Below are positions 28,386-35,115 of a stretch of 43,436 nt of DNA, one piece after another. The stretch spans positions 1 through 43,436 of the forward strand of contig CAZUHD010000003.1 of NCBI GenBank assembly GCA_964620415.1. Reading direction: 5' to 3'. Made by a program: the position numbers and the translations under genes. The first letter of the stretch is position 1, and each line of letters begins with the position of its first letter. The notes under the pieces were generated by a model, which made no database searches, was not told where the DNA came from, and worked only from the letters and a program-made list of their open reading frames with translations. Source of the DNA: an uncultured Clostridium sp. (GTDB taxonomy: Bacteria; Bacillota; Clostridia; TANB77; CAG-508).

Positions 28386-28748
28386 TTTAAAAAATATATA
28401 TGAAGGTCAAATAAAATGTACATATATTAAGAATTTAAATGCTAGTTACATAAATATATAAAAATAGAATAGGATTTACTAGGTACACTAGCTAGAAAAG
28501 ATGTGGATATATTTGCAGAGTTGGGAAGTAGAGTCAAATGATAAAATTTAATACATAAACTAATGATTTTCAGAATAAAAAATATCCTAAGTTTGACAGT
28601 TAAAATGAGCAATCTTATATGGAAGTAAGAATTGCTCGTTTTTAAGCTGTTGTCTAATTTAATCAAAAAAATTTTTTCAAAATTTATAATAATGTCATAA
28701 ATCTTTTAGAAAAAACTAGATTAAAAGCTTTTCCTAAATGTGTTATAA

Positions 28749-29558
28749 TTAATAATTTAAAAATTGTATTAAAGCTTGATTGAGTTCGTCTTTAACATCA
28801 TAAAAAGCACCATGCCCAGCATTTTCAAATGGAAATAGAACAGAAGAGCAAATATTATTATGCATAATTTCTGCCATAGGAAAAGAACATATTTTATCTT
28901 CTTTACCATGAAAAATCCCTGTTGGAACATTAATATATTTTAAAGAACCAAATATATCTTCATCTCTAAGTGCAATTAGAGAATTCATTTCTCCTATTCC
29001 AGATGCAGTATTGCTTAAATTTTGAAACCAATTTTTGAAAGCAATTGAAGGCTTTTTGTAAAAAAATATGTTCCCAAAATTTTCATTTAAAGCAGGCCTA
29101 TCATTATAACCTAGATTTATTAAATTATTAGTAGATTCTATCGTTTGACCATATGGATTATTTAGTGTTTTTGAATATGAAGGGACAGCAGAATCTAATA
29201 AGCATAATTTTCTAACGCCATATCCGTTATATAATTGCATATATTTAACAGCAATTGCACCTCCCATTGAAAAACCTAGCAAATCAAAGTTTGATAAATT
29301 TAAAGCATATATTACACAATATAGATCAGTTGCAAATTGACTATAATTATATCCATTACTTGTTTCATCAGAATTTCCAAATCCTCTTAAATCAATGCTT
29401 ATAATTCTATATCCACTTTTAATTAAATCAGGCACTTGGTATTCAAACATCTTATGAGATAAAGGCCAACCATGAATTAAAACTATTGTCTTATATCCAT
29501 TTGGATTTAATTCGTAAACTGCAATATTTGCATTATCAGTTGATGGAATAAAAAACAT
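28749..29558 (-). CDS. Alpha/beta-fold hydrolase
   Basis: Start chosen at MFFIPS (ATG 29558-29556) after GAAGGAG. Contains HGWPLS, nucleophile elbow GFSMGG, and C-terminal GHGAF. Confidence 0.75.
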   Translation of the reverse strand: MFFIPSTDNANIAVYELNPNGYKTIVLIHGWPLSHKMFEYQVPDLIKSGYRIISIDLRGFGNSDETSNGYNYSQFATDLYCVIYALNLSNFDLLGFSMGGAIAVKYMQLYNGYGVRKLCLLDSAVPSYSKTLNNPYGQTIESTNNLINLGYNDRPALNENFGNIFFYKKPSIAFKNWFQNLSNTASGIGEMNSLIALRDEDIFGSLKYINVPTGIFHGKEDKICSFPMAEIMHNNICSSVLFPFENAGHGAFYDVKDELNQALIQFLNY

Positions 29559-29716
29559 AAAATCTCCTTCTTTCATAAATTGTAATATATAATATGAAAA
29601 TTAATATAAATAGTGATTTTAAATACTAATATAATGAACAAAAGCTATGTTGCTATAACTTTTTTACTTGTTCTTTTAAATCATTAAAATTCTACAATCA
29701 GCAGGTTCATATTTAC

Positions 29717-29737
29717 ATCTTTATGGAACAGAAGAAT
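29717..29737. repeat. attR of element 1: half-site ATCTTTATGG (29717-29726) plus shared core ACAGAAGAAT (29728-29737)
   Basis: See attL at 19442-19466. There is a 9/10 inverted match between the half-sites. Confidence 0.7.
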
Positions 29738-29895
29738 TAGCCCATTTGGAAATGGTAGGAACTATAGTTCATCAATTAACAAAAGATGCTTCTATAGAAG
29801 AAATTGAAAAAGCTGGATTAGGAGAATATTATACAGACCATGGAGTAGATGTATATCCTGCATCAGCTGCTGGAAATCCATTTACTGCTGCATAT
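29737..29895 (+). CDS. cotJC: cotJC segment 2 of 3 (53 codons)
   Basis: LAHLEMVGTIVHQLTKDASIEEIEKAGLGEYYTDHGVDVYPASAAGNPFTAAY is the central Mn-catalase/CotJC block (E-x-x-H metal motif). It is in frame with segment 1 once element 1 is removed. Confidence 0.85.
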
Positions 29896-29913
29896 GGTGC
29901 TGTTAGATTAAGG
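29891..29913. repeat. attL of element 2: shared core CATAT (29891-29895) plus element half-site GGTGCTGTTAGATTAAGG (29896-29913)
   Basis: Inverted partner CCTTAAGTGTATAGCACC lies at 32999-33016. The core is repeated at 33016-33020. Confidence 0.75.
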
Positions 29914-30087
29914 AGAATAATACAAGTTTAGAGTAGAAAATCACCTAATTAAAGATTTTTAAGATTTTGTTCAAACTACCTATTTTAAAAATATTGGAAA
30001 ATACTATTTTTATTTTAATTTGTGTACAAGTTATTTTATTTTTATGTAAAATATGTTATACTAGTACAAGTAAAGGAGGAATACGAA

Positions 30088-30393
30088 ATGGAAGAAAAAT
30101 TAAATAATTTGCCGAACTCTTATAAAGAAGATATAAAGAAAGCCACTAAAATATTAAAGGAAAATGGTGCTAAGGAAGTATTTATTTTTGGGTCTGTTGC
30201 AAATGGAAAAATTAACGAAAATTCAGACATAGATATTGCAGTTAGAGGGATAAATGGAAAAGACTTTTACAAAGTTGCAGGTATATTAATGTTTGAGCTT
30301 GAAAATGAATTTGATTTAATAGATTTAGATGATAAAGAAAATCGTTTTTCTCAAATGTTATTAAGAGTAGGAGGATTATTAAAAGTTGGATAA
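30088..30393 (+). CDS. Nucleotidyltransferase-fold protein (MntA-like antitoxin candidate)
   Basis: ATG 30088 follows AAGGAGG. Contains the GS-x(10)-SDIDIAV minimal nucleotidyltransferase motif (FIFGSVANGKINENSDIDIAV). Overlaps the downstream HEPN gene by 8 nt. Confidence 0.7.
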   Translation: MEEKLNNLPNSYKEDIKKATKILKENGAKEVFIFGSVANGKINENSDIDIAVRGINGKDFYKVAGILMFELENEFDLIDLDDKENRFSQMLLRVGGLLKVG

Positions 30394-30835
30394 AATAATA
30401 AAAGAACAAATAGAATTTAAAATAAATGAAATAGATAAATTATTTTTAGAATATGATTTAATATTCAAAAAAATAGAAACAGAAACGCCAGATTTATTTG
30501 ATTTGACTATATTAGGCAGTGTTTTACATTCTTTTTATAATGGATTAGAAAATATATTTGATATTATTGCTAAAAATATAGACGGTAATGTTCCAATAGG
30601 AAACAAGTCTCATCAAGAATTACTACATCAAATGGCAAGTGAAAATAACAAAAGAGATGAAATTATTGATGAACAGCTATATTTAAAATTAAGAGAATAC
30701 GCAACTTTTAGACATTTTTATAGACATGCATATTCATTTCAATTAAATTGGGAGAAAATGCAACCGTTAGTCAAAAATATACATACCGTTTGGAAAGAAA
30801 GTAAACAAAGCTTGGAGAAATTTATTGGTGAATAG
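30386..30835 (+). CDS. HEPN-domain protein (HepT-like toxin candidate)
   Basis: TTG start. R-x4-H motif in FRHFYRHAY. Size and genetic coupling to the nucleotidyltransferase gene fit the family. Confidence 0.65.
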   Translation: MDKIIKEQIEFKINEIDKLFLEYDLIFKKIETETPDLFDLTILGSVLHSFYNGLENIFDIIAKNIDGNVPIGNKSHQELLHQMASENNKRDEIIDEQLYLKLREYATFRHFYRHAYSFQLNWEKMQPLVKNIHTVWKESKQSLEKFIGE

Positions 30836-31043
30836 GTTTATAAAAAAAATTATGTTTAAAAATTCACATGAAAAATTTAAACAAGATAGTATGGAATATT
30901 TAAAGGAATCAATATTTATTGAAAAAAATAAGGAAATTTTGCATAATAAAGGTTAGATTAAAATGTACTAAGCTTTTTTATTTACATAATATTTTTAAAA
31001 AGATTGCAGTTTAAATAGCAATTTTTATATGGTATTTTATTAT

Positions 31044-31077
31044 AGCAGAAGCAAGTTAAAATGGCTTCTGCTTTTTA
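31044..31077 (+). terminator. Terminator between the TA pair and the recombinase module
   Basis: AGCAGAAGC (31044-31052) pairs with GCTTCTGCT (31064-31072), then TTTTT. Confidence 0.6.
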
Positions 31078-31170
31078 GTTTGGGTAAAAATAATATTTGA
31101 TATATAAGTTTTATGCATAAACCTAAATACTAAAAATATTTATTTAAAGAGGTGTATGTGTGTGGAAAAA

Positions 31171-31275
31171 ATGAATTATAACATTAAAATTGAATATGGA
31201 AATAAAGATTTAAAAAATATCATATTACAAATATTTGAGGAATACTGTAGCAATAAGATTCTTGAGAAAGATTAG
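31171..31275 (+). CDS. 34-aa ORF upstream of recombinase 2; the start is uncertain (in-frame GTG 31162 or ATG 31156 are possible)
   Basis: MNYNIKIEYGNKDLKNIILQIFEEYCSNKILEKD*. An AGAGG lies 8 nt before GTG 31162. Positionally analogous to the small ORF before recombinase 1. Confidence 0.3.
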   Translation: MNYNIKIEYGNKDLKNIILQIFEEYCSNKILEKD

Positions 31276-31348
31276 AATAAGCATTTATGTTTTACTTATA
31301 ATGTAAAAAGACAAATGATTGCCTAAACCTTAAGGGAAGGAGGTAATT

Positions 31349-32974
31349 TTGCAAAAATCAGACAACATATATGAAAAACAATTTTATGTTGGATTATATA
31401 AAAGACTATCAAGAGATGACAATGATGGAAAAAAGGAAAGTGAAAGTATATCAAATCAGGACAAGATTCTAAGACAATATATTTTAGAATTAGCTAAGAA
31501 AGAGCCTCAGAATAGATTTATTATAGTAAAAGACTATACTGATGACGGGTACACAGGAACAAATTTCAATAGACCAGGTTTTATAGAAATGATTCATGAC
31601 ATTGAAAATGAAATAATAAATATGGTACTTGTAAAAGATTTAACAAGACTAGGGCGTAAAACAAACGAAGTACTTAGATATTATCAAGAATATTTTCCGT
31701 CAAAAAAAGTTAGATTTATTACTGCAACAGAAGATGCAATTGATACATATTATAAGGAAGATGATGATTTTATTCCTTTTAAAGCTGTTATGAGTGAGCA
31801 ATATCCAAAAGAAACATCAAGAAAAATTAAAGCTGTAAAAATTGCAAAAGCAAAACAAGGTTTATTTCAAGGAAATACAGCTCCTTATGGGTATAAAAAA
31901 GATTCAAATAATAAAAACAAATTAATAATTGATAAAGAAGTGTCAGAAATTATAAAAGAAATTTTTGAAAAATATTCAGAAGGATATACTCGTACAGAAA
32001 TAGTCAAAAGCTTAAATGAACGAAATATAAAACCACCAAGAGAATATTTAAAAATAAAGGGAATACAAGCAAATTCAGAAGGATGGAAAGAAGTAACAAT
32101 AACAAGAATTATTAGTAATCCTGTATATATAGGGACTATGGTAGGAGCAAAAACTATAAAACCAAGTTTTAGAAGAAAAGAGAGAATCATAAACAGCAAA
32201 GAAAATCAAATTATTGTTGAAAATACCCATGAACCTATAATTGATATAGAAACATTTAATAAATGCCAGAAGCTGAAAGAAAAATTTAAAAATAATCGAA
32301 ATCGAAAATATGATGATATTTTTAAAGGATTGGTCTATTGCAAAGATTGTGGTAGTATTTCAACATTAAAACATAAGGAAAAATCTAACAAAAATGGAAG
32401 AAAATGTGAAATCAATTCCTATATATGCTCTAGAGCTAACAAAGGAGTAAATAAAAGATGTAATAATACAAAATCTATCAGTAGTAATAAATTATATAAT
32501 TTAATTATACAAATTATAAAAAATGAATGTAAAAGTGTTTGTTTTAATGATAATGATATACGAACAGTTATGAATAATTTAGAAAAAAATATAAATTTTG
32601 AATGTTATAGATTAGAAGATGAAAAACAAAATTTATTTGCCAAAATAGATAAACTAAATGAGCAGATAAAAATTACATATAATGATAAACTCGAAAACAT
32701 CATCAATAATGAAACTTTTTTATCTATAAAAGAACAAAAGGAAATTGAGATTGAAGAATGTAAAAAACGAATTTATGTCTTAGAGAAGAAAATAGATATT
32801 GAAAGAAATAAATATACAATAAGTTATAATGGAATTAAAAAGCTATCTGAGGATTTTTTTAATACAAATAAAATAACTAAGCAGGCATTAAATAAACTAA
32901 TAGATAAAATTGAATTTGACAGTAATCGTAACATAAATTTAAAATTAGTATTCTCAAATATAAATAACAATTAA
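31349..32974 (+). CDS. Large serine recombinase of element 2 (541 aa)
   Basis: TTG start after GGAAGGAGG. Catalytic LYKRLSRDD...VLVKDLTRLGR resolvase domain, recombinase domain (GNTAPYGYKK), zinc ribbon (CKDCGS...CSRANKGVNKRC) and coiled coil. The stop lies 25 bp from the att half-site. Confidence 0.85.
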   Translation: MQKSDNIYEKQFYVGLYKRLSRDDNDGKKESESISNQDKILRQYILELAKKEPQNRFIIVKDYTDDGYTGTNFNRPGFIEMIHDIENEIINMVLVKDLTRLGRKTNEVLRYYQEYFPSKKVRFITATEDAIDTYYKEDDDFIPFKAVMSEQYPKETSRKIKAVKIAKAKQGLFQGNTAPYGYKKDSNNKNKLIIDKEVSEIIKEIFEKYSEGYTRTEIVKSLNERNIKPPREYLKIKGIQANSEGWKEVTITRIISNPVYIGTMVGAKTIKPSFRRKERIINSKENQIIVENTHEPIIDIETFNKCQKLKEKFKNNRNRKYDDIFKGLVYCKDCGSISTLKHKEKSNKNGRKCEINSYICSRANKGVNKRCNNTKSISSNKLYNLIIQIIKNECKSVCFNDNDIRTVMNNLEKNINFECYRLEDEKQNLFAKIDKLNEQIKITYNDKLENIINNETFLSIKEQKEIEIEECKKRIYVLEKKIDIERNKYTISYNGIKKLSEDFFNTNKITKQALNKLIDKIEFDSNRNINLKLVFSNINNN

Positions 32975-32998
32975 ACAATATCTTTATCAAAAAAGTAC

Positions 32999-33020
32999 CC
33001 TTAAGTGTATAGCACCATAT
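32999..33020. repeat. attR of element 2: half-site CCTTAAGTGTATAGCACC plus core (C)ATAT
   Basis: See attL at 29891-29913. Confidence 0.75.
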
Positions 33021-33269
33021 ATTGCTTGTAAAGGAGATCCTATAGCTAATTTACAAGAGGATTTAGCAGCAGAACAAAAAGCAAGGGCAACTTATGAAAA
33101 ACTAATTGACTTATGTAGAGATAATCCAGATGTATTAGATCCACTTAAATTTTTAAGACAAAGAGAAATAGTACACTTCCAAAGATTTGGAGAAGCACTT
33201 CGTAAGGTTCAAGATAGATTACAAGATAAAAATTGTTATATGAATGATTGTAGCTGTAATAAAAAATAA
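33021..33269 (+). CDS. cotJC: cotJC segment 3 of 3 (82 codons plus stop)
   Basis: IACKGDPIANLQEDLAAEQKARATYEKLIDLCRDNPDVLDPLKFLRQREIVHFQRFGEALRKV... matches the CotJC/Mn-catalase C-terminal half (second E..H motif). Confidence 0.85.
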   Translation: MACKGDPIANLQEDLAAEQKARATYEKLIDLCRDNPDVLDPLKFLRQREIVHFQRFGEALRKVQDRLQDKNCYMNDCSCNKK

Positions 33270-33350
33270 TTAAAATTATATTGAAAAATATTCACTCTGA
33301 AACTTACTTAAGAATTTGCATGAAACTATTATATTTCAATAAATCAAAGC

Positions 33351-33382
33351 AAGACTATCCCATTTTGAGATAGTCTTTTTAT
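33351..33382 (+). terminator. Terminator after cotJC
   Basis: AAGACTATC (33351-33359) pairs with GATAGTCTT (33369-33377), then TTTTATT. Confidence 0.65.
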
Positions 33383-33397
33383 TAATTTCAAATTTAT

Positions 33398-33776
33398 CTA
33401 CATTTTCTGTGTGCCAGGTATTAAATAATCAACAATACCATAAATTAAAGCTCCTATAATTGCAGCCATCCAAGAAATTGTGTAACCTGCTACGAAGAAC
33501 TGTGTTACATAAAGAATAATTGCAGCAAGAGTAAATCCTACAAAACCTTTTCCGAATGGACTAGCATGTAGCCCCGTAAATTTTACTATTAAATAATCTA
33601 AAACAGTTAAAACTACAGCGGCAATAACTAAAGACCAAATATTATTAATTGTAAAACCAGGTGTAAAAAATGCAGTAATAGCCAAAACAACAGCAGCAGC
33701 AATAAGTCTTCCAACAATTTGCCAAACTGTACTAGTATTATTTGATTCGTTTGTTCCGAGTTCGAGTGTCTGACAT
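33398..33776 (-). CDS. Small multi-pass membrane protein (YndM/DUF2512-like or holin-4-like). Needs a +1 shift at zero-frame CGG (33758-33756)
   Basis: ATG 33776 lies 9 nt after GGAGGA and gives MSDTRT. The 0 frame then reads CGG and stops 6 codons later. Skipping C33758 gives G-TNESNNTSTVWQIVGRLIAAAVVLAITAFFTPG..., which runs into the 95-aa ORF of the track (that ORF otherwise starts at an internal TTG without an RBS). Confidence 0.65.
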
Positions 33777-33979
33777 AAAGCTCATCCTCCTTTTCTGATT
33801 GATTGTGCCTATTTTGTAAATATTGAAAAATACAAGCATAAAAAGAAAAAATAATATTCACAAAAAATTTTAGCTATATAAAAATATTGTTTACATTAAA
33901 AAAATTTTTATTCAAAGTCGAATAAAAATATCAAAAAAAGAGAAAATAAAAAAGAAAAACATAAAAAAGGAGAAAAACT

Positions 33980-34669
33980 ATGCTTATAAATTTTTTTAGA
34001 GCAATAATTTTATATGTAGTTGTTTTGATTGTAATGAGATTGATGGGAAAAAGAGAAATAGGACAACTTCAACCATTTGAGCTTGCTATTGCAATTATGA
34101 TTGCAGATTTAGCATCAATTCCTATGACAGAACCAGGTATACCAATTTCAAGCGGAATTGCGGCAATAATGGGACTTCTTGTATCACATTTGGTAATTTC
34201 TGTGATAAATATAAAAAGTATAAAAGCTAGAGAAATAATATGTGGAAAACCAAGAATTTTAATTTACAGAGGAAAAATAGATGAAAAAGCATTAATAAAA
34301 GAAAGATTTACGTTAAATGAATTACAAGAAAGATTAAGAGATAGAGATATAACTAATATTTCAGATGTAGAATATGCTATCTTAGAAACAAGTGGACAAG
34401 TAACAGTTATACAAAAACCAAACAAAAGAAATACAATTCCAGAAGATTTTGGAATTGCACCAGAATATGAAGGATTACCTTATGACTTAGTAGTAGATGG
34501 AAAAATAATGAGTCAAAATTTAAAAGAAATTGGAAAAGATTATAATTGGCTTGAAAAAGAAGTTAGAAAATTTGGATATGAACCAGAGGAAGCTTTACTA
34601 GTAACTCTTGATGGAAAAGGACAAATTTTTTCTCAAAAAAAAGAAAATAAGAAAGGAAAAAATAACTAA
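33980..34669 (+). CDS. DUF421 (YetF-like) membrane protein
   Basis: MRLMGKREIGQLQPFELAIAIMIADLA is the family signature. RBS AAGGAG. Confidence 0.75.
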   Translation: MLINFFRAIILYVVVLIVMRLMGKREIGQLQPFELAIAIMIADLASIPMTEPGIPISSGIAAIMGLLVSHLVISVINIKSIKAREIICGKPRILIYRGKIDEKALIKERFTLNELQERLRDRDITNISDVEYAILETSGQVTVIQKPNKRNTIPEDFGIAPEYEGLPYDLVVDGKIMSQNLKEIGKDYNWLEKEVRKFGYEPEEALLVTLDGKGQIFSQKKENKKGKNN

Positions 34670-35062
34670 TGTATAAAGAAACAGTTATATCAATTATTAT
34701 AGTAATTTTGATTTTTACAATAGATTATATAACACGGAAATTATACAGAAGAAAAGGTACAAGATGTTCGAAACGATCTTCTTACTTTAAAGCAATGCTT
34801 AGAAAAAGAAGATTTAAACTTTGCAGAAGATAATATTAAACAAATAGAACAAAAATGGAATAATGTTAAAAATAAATTTGCATGCTATATAGAACATAAT
34901 GAATTAAATAAAATAGAAACAAGCTTTACAATATGTAAAAGCTTTGTTAAAAGAGAAAACTTTGACATGGCAATAAGTAAATTAGATGAAACTATTTTTG
35001 TCTTGGAACACATGAACGAAAGATATATGCTAAGCTTAGAAAATATTTTTTAGAAATTATTG
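34669..35062 (+). CDS. DUF4363-like small membrane-anchored protein. Needs a +1 shift at zero-frame CGG (34735-34737)
   Basis: TAATG overlap with the DUF421 gene, which is the usual gene pair. MYKETVISIIIVILIFTIDYIT, then skipping C34735 gives G-NYTEEKVQDVRNDLLTLKQCLEKEDLNFAEDNIKQIEQKW... ending at 35062. Confidence 0.65.
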
Positions 35063-35115
35063 ATAAAGTTTATATGAAGTGATATGCTATATAAAACAAA
35101 AAAGAGAGGTGTAAA

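Larger units (their letters stand above)
19452..29736 (+). mobile_element. Intervening element 1 in cotJC (~10.3 kb), serine-recombinase type and skin-like. Carries gene remnants, a 1960-aa surface protein, a recombinase and a hydrolase
   Basis: Bounded by the 10-bp direct repeat ACAGAAGAAT. Deleting it fuses ..GTEE to LAHLEM.. in frame. The reciprocal junction forms ATCTTTATGG-N16-CCATAATGAT. Confidence 0.8.
29896..33020 (+). mobile_element. Intervening element 2 in cotJC (~3.1 kb): MntA/HepT-like TA pair, a small ORF and a large serine recombinase
   Basis: Removing it fuses ..NPFTAAY to IACKGDP.. in frame. The reciprocal junction forms the palindrome CCTTAAgtgtatAGCACC-ATAT-GGTGCTgttagaTTAAGG. 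Confidence 0.85.

Noticed and set aside
28442-28666. 74-aa minus-strand ORF between recombinase 1 and the hydrolase
   Set aside because: No RBS, low-complexity hydrophobic sequence, and it lies in an AT-rich spacer. Not supportable.
19452-29736. Element 1 as an intact prophage
   Set aside because: There are no capsid, tail, terminase, lysis or replication genes. The content is remnants plus a surface protein, a hydrolase and a recombinase.
30022-30087. Longer start for the nucleotidyltransferase ORF (MYKLFYFYVKYVILVQVKEEYE..)
   Set aside because: AAGGAGG precedes ATG 30088. The extension is AT-rich promoter-like sequence.
33628-33861. 77-aa minus-strand ORF overlapping the start region of the small membrane protein
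   Set aside because: It is out of frame with the supported gene and spans its RBS and promoter region, with no RBS of its own.
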